From Mobula hypostoma (lineage: Eukaryota), in NCBI RefSeq assembly GCF_963921235.1, contig NC_086108.1, forward strand, positions 66,280,001-66,344,000: DNA of 64,000 bases. The letters are read 5' to 3'. Positions 1 to 11,660 of this stretch are shown here, piece after piece (position 1 is the first letter of the stretch; every line of letters begins with the position of its first letter). A program made the position numbers and the translations under genes. Under the pieces are notes generated by a model that had not been told where the DNA came from, made no database searches, and saw nothing but the letters and a program-made list of their open reading frames with translations.

Positions 1-919
1 TATTAAGAGGTAAACTTGAACCAATTAACACATCTTGTTTTAATAATGAGTAGAAAGTCTCTCTCTCTCTCTCATGACACTGGAGAATACAGTCTTTCCC
101 ACAGCCACTTTGAGTCTGGGACACATTACAGGACATGTTCCAAGTGGAAGTGATGATTTTTGACCTCGGCCCGGAGCTAGGGAAACACTTCCTGGAGGTT
201 CATTGGAAACATCACCAGTAAGCAAACCACTTCTCAGGCGAAGAAAGAAGGCTAGCTCAGAAAGATAAATATCCCATCAACAGTAACTTGCCTAAAGCCA
301 AGTAAACAAGTGACCATTAGTAAAACTGTTCTCTTCCCCCTCTTCTGTTCAGCCTTCACATTGCACAAACTCAGACAATCCGTAGCTTTAGATTGTTGCT
401 ACTCTCTATGTTCCCTATGCATTGCCACACAGAGCAATCTAAGACAAACTTAATATTTTTCATGTACCAAGGAAATAAAGCTACATAGGTTTCCATTTAT
501 GGTCACTATGCAATTTCAACTTTGCAATAAGAATGAAAGTGCAGGTGGTAAAGTTAGGTGCAATGTGCAAATTTCAAAACTCATTCCTCTTAGTGTAATT
601 CATGTTTAGGGGAAACAGTGTGTGATTAACATCAAAAGGAGCACAAACATCATTGTGTGCTTTGGTCTGCATAAATAGCTCTACTTATTATGCAGAAAGG
701 AATGCTGGAATAAATGAAGAGAATATTTTTTTTGAATCTTCTAACATTTTGGGATGTAAAGTAGTTTCTGAAAGGATGCTGGCTCAAAAGAAACTGGAAT
801 GAAAACATTTCCTGCAAAACAAATCAATCGTTCCCTTTTCAGACTGTTCGCAGCTTGCTACATTATGTGAAAATTTGGTCAAGGAGATATGAGTAATCCC
901 TCCAAACAATTTCTCGGAG

Positions 920-2095
920 TCACAGAGTCATATGGAAGCAGGCTCTTTGGCTCAGTTGGTCATTGCTGAAAAAGATGCCCACCGAAGCTAGTACCTTCAG
1001 CCTGTGTCTGGCCTACATCCTTCCAATCCATTCTTATCCATGTACTGCTCCATTTATTTTTAGATGTAGTGTCTTAGTCACTTCCTCTGAAAGTTCATCC
1101 CATATACAAACCACCCTTTAGGTGAAAAAATGTCCCTCAGATTGCTACTAAACCTTTGCCCTTTCACCTTAAATCTGCCCGCTGGTTCTTAATTCCCCAA
1201 CCCTGCCAAAAAGAATAAGTACATTAACCCTATCAATGCTCCTCATGATTTTATGCACCTCTATATGGTCATTCATTCTCTTACACTCCTGTCCTGCTCA
1301 ACCTCTCTCTCTAGCTCAGACCCTTGAATCCTGGCAACATCCTCATTAGGAGAGTGCGCGGCCTCTCCGGAGATTGATTTGTAAGTAGGATGCCGTGCAC
1401 AATTCTGATTTGATGGAGACAGACGTGGAAGCACGGAGGAACATCTGGAGAAACTTCTGAAATGCCCGGTTCGCTGCCACTGTGCGATCGAGAATCTCTG
1501 GAGGGGAAGGCCCCAAATCCTCGGCTTTGCCTGTTGCTGGCGGCCGGGGCTGGGGTCGAAGCACTCGGCAGAGATGGTGCTCGGTGCTCGGTGTCAGAGG
1601 GCTGGTCGGAGGTTCGAAGTTTTCGGATGGACTGAGAGTCGGACTGTGGTTGGGTGCTTCCAGGATGCTGCATCAGCAAGTTTGCGGCTCTGGAAGCTCA
1701 TGGCAGGGAGAGTTTTCTTCCTTCTACTGTCTGAGTGAGATGATGGGATTTTCGAGAGACTTTGAGATTTTTTTTTACTGTGCCCATGGTCTGTTCTTCA
1801 TCAAATTATGGTATTGCTTGCACTATTGTAACTATATGTTATAATTATGTGGTTTTTGTCAGTCTTGGTCTGTCTTGTGTTTCTGTGATATCACACTGGA
1901 AGAACATTGTATCATTTCTTAACACATGTATTACTAAATGACAATAAAAAGAGGAATGTATCTCCTCATAATCTAATCTAATAACCTAATTCATCTTCAC
2001 TGCACTCTTTCCAGCTTGATGCACCTTTCCTATTGCAGGGCAGCCAAAATTCAACAGAATACTCTAAGTGCACCCTCACCAATGCCCTGCACAAC
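920..2095 (-). mobile_element. Old CR1 LINE 3' fragment, split by the insertion at ~1345-1985
   Basis: Degenerate reverse-strand CR1 3' sequence on both sides (...aatcctggcaacatcctc | ...tcttcactgcactctttccagc...), homologous to younger CR1 3' ends in this window. Confidence 0.7.
1345..1985 (+). mobile_element. Non-coding retroposon-like insertion (SINE or non-autonomous element), family unassigned
   Basis: CpG-rich 5' half, AT-rich 3' half with AATAAA and an (AATCT)n tail; it interrupts a CR1 remnant. Confidence 0.6.
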
Positions 2096-2699
2096 TTTTC
2101 CAGCAGTATATTTGTACACACGTGAATTGCAGAACACTATTCTTAATGTATACAGTACATATTAAGTTTGGAATTCTATTAATTAAGTTAATCTTTACCT
2201 GAAATGTTCATCTCAATAACACTAGGTCAGTATGTTTGCTTTAACCCAGCTTTCCATAGCATTTTGTTGATTTTTTTTGTGTGGAAGTTCTTTTTAAGAA
2301 AAAAAAAGGTACTGAAACAACTGGCAATGGGATAAGTAGTGAAAGGGCAAAATAAACAAAATGTATTGAAGGAGATGAGGTTGATATGTGGGATTGTCAA
2401 AGCTGGTTAAGATATATTCACAAGAATGATCCAAAGAAAATTTAGATTGCATTCTAATTGTCTTCTTTTCTGTAAATATCCTAAATCAGTTTTCTTTTCA
2501 TCCATTACCAGATCCCAATGGCCCTAAATTTTCAAAGTGGACAGGACTATTTTTTAAACATAGCTGAGTCTGATAGTTTTCTTACATTATCCCACTGTAG
2601 CAGACACCTAAGGGTGTTCCATAATTACACCATTCCTTGGATTCCCACAGTCATTTCAGTAGTTGCAGTGATTCCTGCATGCATGTAGTATTTCCCATC

Positions 2700-2965
2700 T
2701 TGAGGGCGAAGGGAACAGATAATGGGAACATTGTTGTATATGTCCTGCCCTTTTAAGTCACAAACCGTCCAGATTCAGAAATACTTCTCAGTGTTTTTAT
2801 TGTTACATGGGTCAAAATCCTGAAAATCAACAATGGGATTACTTTCCACACATGGATTGCAGCTGTTCAAGAGGCTGGTTCCTCGCTACCTTCTTCAGGG
2901 CATTGTGGATAGGCAATGAATGTTAGGCTTGTTAGAGATGCCCAAATCCACATTTAAGCACTAAT
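2700..2965 (+). mobile_element. Old 3' tail of the LINE/SINE family seen at 41092-44300
   Basis: ggattgcagctgttcaagaggc...ggcaatgaatg...gatgcccaaatcc resembles 44180-44280. Confidence 0.6.
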
Positions 2966-3369
2966 AAAAAGAAGGCTCAGCTGTAATGTTCCCAGCGGGA
3001 TAAATGCTTCCAGATCCTGGAAAACTATTAGAGTCCTATTAAAGCTTGAAACTTCATCACATTACTGTCTGACAGTAGACTATTTTCAATGCTAATTAAT
3101 CGGTCTCTGATAGGCCTTGGCATGAAACCAGATTTCAGCAAAATTTCTGAGTGCTTATCAACACCACAGGAGCTGTTTTGTAATTGTTTCATCAGAATTA
3201 GACGCACTTGCAGAAACACAATTCCTGATACTTTCACACAGAATGAAATTTATTTTCCATATTAAAGTTGCCATTTGTGGCTGGTTGATCCCTTCATTAA
3301 TTATGTAAAGTAAAATAAGCGTAAGATATCTAGGTCAAGGTCATCTGCGCCTGAGAATACTGGAAGTGT

Positions 3370-3667
3370 GGGGTGGCACAGTGGCGTGGCGGTTAGCATA
3401 ACGCTATTACAGCGCCAGTTGTATGATAGCGTTCAATTTGAGCTGCTGTCTGTTAGAAGTTTGTATCTTGTCCCCATGACCACGTAGTTTCCTCCCACAT
3501 TCCAAAGATGTATAGTTAAGGGTAGTGAGTTGTGGGCATCCTGTGTTGGCACATGAACAGTTGTGGGCTGTCTAGCACAATCCTCTCCTGATTTGATTTG
3601 ATGCAAATAATGCATTTCACTGAATGTTTCAATGTTTTGATGTACATGTGACAAATATAATCCTATC
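3370..3667 (+). mobile_element. tRNA-derived SINE, V-SINE/HE1-like
   Basis: A-box TGGCGTGGCGG (3382), B-box-like GTTCAATT (3431), V-domain-like tttcctcccacattccaaagatgt, AT-rich tail. Confidence 0.75.
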
Positions 3668-3794
3668 TGTGGTAATCTTACAGTGATAGCCATGAAATGA
3701 TGAATATGCAAAATGTAGATCAATGAGTCAGGTGTAATACATTGGTATGGATCAGAAATTGGTTGGCAGAAAGGAAACAGAGTAGGAATAATAG

Positions 3795-4020
3795 ACACAT
3801 CAAAGTTGCTGGTGAACGCAGCAGGCCAGGCTGCATCTCTAGGAAGAGGTACAGTCGATGTTTCAGGCCGAGACGCTTGGTCAGGATGAAGGGTCTCGGC
3901 CTGAAATGTCGACTGTACCACTTCCTAGAGATGCTGCCTGGCTTGCTGCATTCACAAGCAACTTTGATGTGTGTTGCTTGAATTTCCAGCGTCTGCAGAA
4001 TTCCTGTTGTTTGCATTTTT
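3795..4020 (+). mobile_element. Short fold-back Penelope-derived element
   Basis: ~80-bp inverted arms (3795-3873 / 3893-3972) matching the termini of the PLE at 4081-6075; 13-bp direct repeat taggaataataga at 3783-3795 and 4021-4033. Confidence 0.9.
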
Positions 4021-4141
4021 TAGGAATAATAGATCTGTTTTAGGATGGTATGTTCTTATCAGTGGGTTTATTGCTTAGATCAACATACATCAAAGTTGCT
4101 GGTGAACGCAGCAGGCCAGGCAGCATCTATAGGAAGAGGCG

Positions 4142-4179
4142 CAGTCGACGTTTCAGGCCGAGACTCTTCGTCAGGACTA
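4142..4179 (-). ncRNA. Second hammerhead motif (left inverted arm), with one stem II mismatch
   Basis: Reverse complement reads TAGTC-CTGACGA-AGA(gtctcgg)CCT-GAAACGTC-GACTG. Confidence 0.65.
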
Positions 4180-4472
4180 ACTGAAGGAAGAGTGAGTAAG
4201 GGATTTGAAAGCTGGAGGGGGAGGGGGAGATGCAAAATGATAGGAGAAGACAGGAGGGGGAGGGATGGAGCCGAGAGCTGGACAGGTGATAGGCAGAAGG
4301 GGATACGAGAGGATCATGGGACAGGAGGTCCGGGAAGAAAGACGGGGGGGGGAGTGACCCAGAGGATGGGCAAGAGGTATATTCAGAGGGACAGAGGGAG
4401 AAAAAGGAGAGTGAGAGAAAGAATGTGTGCATAAAAAAGAGTAACAGATGGGGTACGAGGGGGAGGTGGGGC

Positions 4473-5344
4473 CTAGCGGAAGTTAGAGAAGTCAATGTTC
4501 ATGCCATCAGGTTGGAGGCTACCCAGACGGAATATAAGGTGTTGTTCCTCCAACCTGAGTGTGGCTTCATCTTTACAGTAGAGGAGGCCGTGGATAGACA
4601 TGTCAGAATGGGAATGGGATGTGGAATTAAAATGTGTGGCCACTGGGAGATCCTGCTTTCTCTGGCGGACAGAGCGTAGATGTTCAGCAAAGCGGTCTCC
4701 CAGTCTGCGTCGGGTCTCACCAATATATAAAAGGCCACATCGGGAGCACCGGACGCAGTATATCACCCCAGTCGACTCACAGGTGAAGTGATGCCTCACC
4801 TGGAAGGACTGTTTGGGGCCCTGAATGGTGGTAAGGGAGGAAGTGTAAGGGCATGTGTAGCACTTGTTCCGCTTACACGGATAAGTGCCAGGAGGGAGAT
4901 CAGTGGGGAGGGATGGGGGGGACGAATGGACAAGGGAGTTGTGTAGGGAGCGATCCCTGCGGAATGCAGAGAGAGGGGGGGAGGGAAAGATATGCTTAGT
5001 GGTGGGATCCCGTTGGAGGTGGCGGAAGTTACGGAGAATAATATGTTGGACCCGGAGGCTGGTGGGGTGGTAGGTGAGGACCAGGGGAACCCTATTCCTA
5101 ATGGGGTGGTGGAAGGATGGAGTGAGAGCAGATGTACGTGAAATGGGGGAGATGCGTTTAAGAGCAGAGTTGATAGTGGAGGAAGGGAAGCCCCTTTCTT
5201 TAAAAAATGAAGACATCTCCCTTGTCCTAGAATGAAAAGCCTCATCCTGAGAGCAGATGCGGCGGAGACGGAGGAATTGCGAGAAGGGGATGGCGTTTTT
5301 GCAAGAGACAGGGTGAGAAGAGGAATAGTCCAGATAGCTGTGAG
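4473..5344 (-). CDS. PLE polyprotein C-terminal part: RT thumb/linker, Cys-rich knuckle and GIY-YIG endonuclease (5'-truncated, frame open)
   Basis: HSYLDYSSSHP...SQFLRLRRICS, CKRNKCYTC, GVIYCVRCSRCGLLYIGET...RFAEH, E...GMN. The first ~47 aa of the track ORF read through the inverted arm. Confidence 0.9.
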
Positions 5345-5647
5345 TCGACTGGGGTGATATACTGCGTCCGGTGCTCCCGATGTGGCCTTTTATATATTGG
5401 TGAGACCCGACGCAGACTGGGAGACCGCTTTGCTGAACATCTACGCTCTGTCCGCCAGAGAAAGCAGGATCTCCCAGTGGCCACACATTTTAATTCCACA
5501 TCCCATTCCCATTCTGACATGTCTATCCACGGCCTCCTCTACTGTAAAGATGAAGCCACACTCAGGTTGGAGGAACAACACCTTATATTCCGTATGGGTA
5601 GCCTCCAACCTGATGGCATGAACATTGACTTCTCTAACTTCCGCTAG
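5338..5647 (+). CDS. Inverted duplicate of the PLE GIY-YIG endonuclease domain
   Basis: VIYCVRCSRCGLLYIGET...DFSNFR, essentially identical to the minus-strand copy. Confidence 0.85.
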
Positions 5648-5940
5648 GCCCCACCTTCCCCTCGTACCCCATCTGTTACTCTTTTTTATGCACACATTCT
5701 TTCTCTCACTCTCCTTTTTCTCCCTCTGTCCCTCTGAATATACCTCTTGCCCATCCTCTGGGTCACTCCCCCCCCCCGTCTTTCTTCCCGGACCTCCTGT
5801 CCCATGATCCTCTCGTATCCCTTCTGCCCATCACCTGTCCAGCTCTCGGCTCCATCCCTCCCCCTCCTGTCTTCTCCTATCATTTTGCATCTCCCCCTCC
5901 CCCTCCAGCTTTCAAATCCCTTACTCACTCTTCCTTCAGT

Positions 5941-5978
5941 TAGTCCTGACGAAGGGTCTCGGCCTGAAACGTCGACTG
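5941..5978 (+). ncRNA. Minimal type I hammerhead ribozyme motif in the PLE terminal repeat
   Basis: TAGTC-CTGACGA-AGG(gtctcgg)CCT-GAAACGTC-GACTG: core CUGANGA, 3-bp stem II, GAAA, palindromic ACGT in place of stem III, GUC cleavage triplet, stem I AGTC/GACT. Confidence 0.75.
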
Positions 5979-6987
5979 CGCCTCTTCCTATAGATGCTGC
6001 CTGGCCTGCTGCGTTCACCAGCAACTTTGATGTATGTTGCTTGAATTTCCAGCATCTGCAGAATTCCTGTTGTTTATTGCTTAGATCAGTTGTTGCGCCT
6101 CAAATATTAACAATATATATCAATAATGTTGATGAGGGACTGAAAACAATTTTTCCAGATTTGCCAACAATGTGAAACTAGTGGGGGTTGGGGGAGTGTG
6201 GGTATGTGATTTTGGAAAGTTGAGTGAGTGGTTAAATACAAAGCAAATACAATATAACATGTTCCAAATCAGTAGGATAAATAGAACAGAAGAATATTAA
6301 TGTGATAGATTGGTAAATACTGATGTACAAAGGGATTTGGGTGTCCTTGTACACCAATTACTGAAGTCACAAATGATATTTTGGCTTTCACTACAATACG
6401 TTTTGAGTATAGAAGTAAGGATGCCTCACTATAACATGCAGAGGGTCTTAGTGAGCCCAATTCTGGAATATTGTGTCCCATTTTGATACCCACATCAAAG
6501 GAACGATTCATCACACCATTTGCTATGATGGTGAGATTGCTATATGAGGAGAAACTGGGTTTACCTTTCCTGTAATCACAGTTTTGAAGATTGAAAGAGC
6601 ACCTCATTCAAATGTATGAACTTCGGATGGGACTTGGCAAGCCAGAGCAGGAACAATGTTTTCATGTACTGATGGCATGTGGCATCACATCAAAAATCTC
6701 ATCTCAACTCATCATAAAGATCAGGAGAAACAGTAAATTAATAGACCGACAGCTGCAAGACAAATCTAGATGCAAATATGAGGCATAAAGTACTATAAGA
6801 CAGATTCTTGACCTCACAATCTACCACATAATGATTTTGCACCGTATTGTTTACCTACATTGCTCTTTCCCTGTAGCTGTTGCACTTTATTCTGTATTTT
6901 CTTTTGTTTTATCTTGTTCTACCTCAATGCACAGTATGCAATGCAATCTATTCACTATTCATACTTACTCACCTTCTAACTCTGATT

Positions 6988-7942
6988 CATAAGACCATAA
7001 GTTAAAGGAGCAGAAGTAGGCCATTCGGCCCATTGAGTCTGCTCCACTATTCAATCATGGGCTGATCCAGTTCTTCCAGTCATCTCCACTCCCTTGCCTT
7101 CTCCCCATACCCTTTGATGCCCTGACTAATCAAGAATCTATCAATCCCTGCCTTAAATACACCCAATGACTTGGCCTCCACAGCTGCTTGTGGCAACAAA
7201 TTCCCCAGATTTACCACCCTCCGCATCGCTGTTCTAAATGAACGTCTTTCAATCCTGAAATCGTGACCCACTTGTCCGAGATTCCCTTACCATGGGAAAT
7301 AACTTTGCCATACCTAATCTGTTCAGGCCTTTTAACATTTGGAATGTTTCCTTGCGATCCCCCTCATTCTACTGAACTCCATCTAATACAGCCCAAGAGC
7401 TACCAGATGTTCTTCATACGGTAACCCTTGAATAACCCTTGAATCATTCTCATGAATCTTCTCTGAACCCTCTCCCAAGTCAGTATATCCTTTCTAAAAT
7501 AAGGAGCCCAAAACTGCACACAATACTCCAAGTATGGTCTCACAAGTGCCTTATAGAGCCTCAACATCACATCCCTTCTCTTATATTCTACACCTCTAGA
7601 AACGAATGCCAACGTTGCCTTCACCTTCTTCACTACCAACTCAACCTGGAGGTTAACCTTTAGGGTATCCTGCACAAGGACTCCCAAGTCCCTTTGCATC
7701 TCTGCATTTTGAATTCTCTCCCCATCTAAATAATAGTCTGCCTGTTTATTTCTTCCACCAAAGTGCATGACTTTCTGACATTGTATTTCATTTGCCACTT
7801 CTTTGCCCATTCCCTTAAACTATCTAAGTCTTGCTGCAGGCTCTCTGTTTCCTTAACACTACCCACTCCTCCTCCTATCTTTGTATCATTGGCAAATTTA
7901 GCCACATATCCATTAATCCCATAGTCCAAATCATTGACATAC
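6988..7942 (-). mobile_element. CR1 LINE, 5'-truncated
   Basis: ORF2 pieces KFANDTKIGG and LYKALVRPYLEYCVQFW; (CATAAGAC)n tail at 6988. Confidence 0.9.
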
Positions 7943-10900
7943 AGGTTATATGTAAAAGTATGTGAATGGTGTAACTCATTTCATCACCATTTCCAATGTG
8001 TAGACCTAGATAAAAGTAAAAATGAAGACTAAATATTTATTCCCAGCTCTCCCACATTTTTCTTTCACTTAGTTTTTGGAAATACAAAAAATAACAGTGG
8101 TGATGAGCAAGTTTTCAATGAACCCGAGATGGCTACCTACCTGTTGAGATGCAGCAAAACATTTGATTTAGAAAAGTGCAGCACATGTTTCTTCAGAAAA
8201 GGAGAAAGACAGTTGTTAAAAAAGGCAGAAAATGGGGGAAAATCATGGGTTCATAACAGTGAGTACTGTGTGACAATAATCATAAATTCAGAAAAGCGGA
8301 AATGGCTGGCAACATCAGAAATATAGACGTGTTCGTTTGCACAAAAGATAACTGGCTGATGTTTACTGAATGAATTGAGCAGTATTTTGAAATGAGTGAT
8401 ATAGCCAATGAAATGCGAGTGCCAGTTTTGTTGAGTGCATTGTGTGGAAAAGCATACAATTTGTTTAGAAATTTTACTGCTTCAACCAAACCAGCAGAAA
8501 TGAGCTTTGCTGTTATCGTGAAATTAATGCAGGAACATTTAGAACCAAAAGTATTGATGATTGCAGAACATTTTAGGTTTCATATGCAGAATCAAAAGAC
8601 AGGGGAGTCCATTTCAGCTTATGTGGCTGAATTGAAGAGATTGTCTGAGTATTGGCTCTTCAGTGATGGGGTTAATGATGCACTGAGAGATTGTTTTGTT
8701 CATGGAATCTTAGAAAAAAACATTCAAAAATGGCTCCTAACTGAAGCACAACTCACATTTAATTGAAAACACTGTATCAATGTAAACAGCAGAGACACAA
8801 ACGAGTTGTAGCCAGGAATGAAACTAAGCATAAAGAAAATTGCAGTGCCTAAGCAGAAACTAGCCTAGTCAAACAAATTGTGCGACTGTTATAGCAATGT
8901 TACATATACACCAGACCAATTCAGGCAAAACTTACAGAAAATGCAACTAAGTAGGACACACACAAGGAGCATGTTGGGCAGACAAAAACAAATGGATTAC
9001 ACAGGAACGAGAAAAAGATAAAAAGTCAAGTTGCAGTTTCAAAAAAATCTGCATACTGTTGATGAAAAATCTGATAATGATGACAGTGGTGCAGGACTGA
9101 ATTGCCTTGAGATTTACAATGTGAAAACTATCAAGAGAGGAGTAATATGGCTTACTCCAAATTAATAAAAATAGAATTGGACACTGGATTGGCTGTTTAT
9201 TGTCATTCCATAAAATGAGTTTGCATGGCATTTCAGCGATACTGAAATGAAACCTGCAGCTATCCTACTAAGAACTTGAACGGGAGAAAGGTAACTTCTG
9301 TAGAAATGGCGTTCGTAACACTGAAGCATGGCAACCAACAAGCCACATTAGGCATGTACGTGGTAAAAACAGGAAGTCCAACACCGCGGTTGAGACAACT
9401 ACAACTTGATTGGAGATTCAGCCACCATTTGCATGGCACATCCCCTGCAAGAGAGTCAACTGAAAGTGAATTAAGAAAGGAATCAAAGCAAAGGCGTTGG
9501 AAAACTCAAACATATCAAGGGTACAATAGTGTTAAATGAAAATGTCACACCCACGTTTTCCAAAGCCTGTCCAGTTCCTTATACCAACAATGATAAAGTA
9601 ACCAGTGAGCTAGATTGCATGGAGGCTGAAGGAATTCTTTCCAAGGTTGAATGGTGCGCATGGGCAATATCAGTGCTCCCATTAGCTAAGAAGAATGGGT
9701 CTGTCAGCATCTGTGGAGATTTTAAGGTCATCATCAACCCAGTATTGAAAATAGATCAATACCCTCTGCCCAAGAGAGGATATCTTTGCAAAATTCTCTG
9801 GAAGGAAACACTTCAGCAATATGGGCTTAGCTGAGGCCTACCTACAGATGGAGATGGAAGAGGAATCCCAGATGTTTCTCACCATAAATACTCACAAAGG
9901 GCTTTGTCACTATAATAGGCTTACTTTTGGAGCATCATAGAACAGGTTTCTGCCAAACCTGGCTACTCTGCTCCACCCTCGAACTCATTACTACAGATCG
10001 GGAAGAAACGGCAATGGACAAAGCAGTGCAAGGTGGCTTTCTGAAAGGTAAAGGAAATGGTGATGTCTGACACTATTCACACATTATGGTCCATGTTGTC
10101 CAGTGAAGCTTGCCTGTGATGCCTTTCCTTATGGTATAGGTGCAGTCATGTCTCATGTTATGAGTAATGGAAATGAATGCCCACTTTTGGCTTTTGCATC
10201 ATGTTTCCTTACAACTGGAGAGAAAAATAAACACAAATTGACAGAGAGTTCCTGAGTCTGGTTTGGGGTGTAAAATTTTTCAACCAGTACCTGTATGGAG
10301 AGACTTTACCATCATTACTGACCATCAAGCCCTGATATCAATTTTCACTCCACAGAACGGTGTTCCACTAACAACAGCAGCACAAGTGCAAAGATGAGCT
10401 CTTTTTCTTGGAGGACACAATTACAATATTGAATTAAAGAAGGCAATTTATCACGGAAATGCTGATTGTCCCATTTACTCTTGGAAAATTAAATACTTGA
10501 AATATTTACAAAAGAGGACACTCCTTATGACATATTCTCCCTAATGCAAATTGAAAGTCTCCCTATTATGGCAGAGATTATCAAGAGGGAAACCAGAAAA
10601 GGTCTCAGGTCTACATGGTCACCCAAAATGGCTTGATGGTGCAGCAGAAATTTCAGTTCCCTATTGTTATCAGTGCCGAGATGAGCTTGCCCTTGACGGG
10701 GGTTGACTTATTTTGGGATTGAGGGTTCTTGGCTGAGAGTTGAAGTGCTGGAGGAACTATATGCCTGTCATCTAAGCATGGTGAAAATGAAAAAAAAGTG
10801 TTGGCTCCAAGCTTTGTCTGGTGGCTTGGGATAAGTGAGCAGATGGAGCAGCTTGGCATGCACTGGGATGCCAACATGCCCAGAAGATGCCAAGAACAGC

Positions 10901-11660
10901 ATCTCTCCATCTCTGGGAATGGCCTACATTGCCCTGGCAGAGGATTCATGTAGATTTTACTGGACCATTCATGGGCACAAATTGCTTGGTATCAGTGGAT
11001 ACAGCTACAAAGTGGACAGAAGTGCTCCTAATAGTCTCCACTGCAGCCTCACACACTGATGATTTGTTGAGAAACCTCTTCTCAAGGACTGGTGTTCCAG
11101 AACACTTAGTCTATGGCAATGGATCACAGTTTATTGAAGAACAATTTCAGCCATTCCTGAAAATGAATGGGATAAGACATATTACATCTGCACCATACCA
11201 CCCAGCTACAAATGGCTTGGAGGAGAGATCTGTCCAGAGTCTAAAGAATGCACTGCAAGCAATACCAGCAGAACGTGCCACACTGACACTGAATCAGAAG
11301 CTCACCAGTTTCTTCCTTGTGTATTACAATGCAGCACATTCCACAACCAACAACTGATCAGCAATGCCGTTCCTGGATTGTCCCTTGCACTCACACTTGC
11401 ATCTGCTCAAACCCAATCTCAGAATTTCACTCCTGGACAAGCAGTCCTGGTGAGGGACTGCAGAAGTGATCAAAAGTGGGTACTTGGAAAGATTAAGAAC
11501 AGAACTGGACCACTCTCCTACACAGTGAAGATTGTGTCCCTGATGTCATCTGGAGATGACACAGCGATCTGCTGAGAAGAGCAGAACCAATTGTTGGAGA
11601 AGAAAGGTGCCCAGAGCTGTCAGAACCACTTCCTTCAGTCCCAGGGTTAACTCTTACCAC
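7940..11660 (+). mobile_element. Decayed Ty3/Gypsy LTR retrotransposon (partial 5' LTR 7940-8096, PBS-like 8097-8108, gag-pro-RT-RNaseH-integrase pseudo-ORFs)
   Basis: Gag-like (QKTGESISAYVAELKRL...LRDCFV), RT (KKNGSVSICGDFK...DQYPLP), integrase (WQRIHVDFTGP...APYHPATNGLEER); LTR ends taaca followed by gtggtgatgag. Confidence 0.92.

Larger units (their letters stand above)
4081..6075. mobile_element. Penelope-like element (PLE), 5'-truncated, with inverted pseudo-LTRs
   Basis: RT C-terminal/linker plus GIY-YIG ORF; inverted arms 4081-4782 and 5338-6039; flanking direct repeat gtttattgcttagatca at 4066-4082 and 6072-6088. Confidence 0.95.
3715..6730 (+). mobile_element. Old CR1 LINE RT fragment, host of two Penelope-derived insertions (CR1 pieces ~3715-3794, 4021-4082, 6072-6730)
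   Basis: Decayed CR1 ORF2 motifs (WIRNWLAERKQ, TIYINNVDEG) continue across both insertions. Confidence 0.75.

Noticed and set aside
5345..5486. N-terminal extension of the 337-aa PLE ORF
   Set aside because: It is antisense read-through of the inverted arm, not PLE coding sequence.
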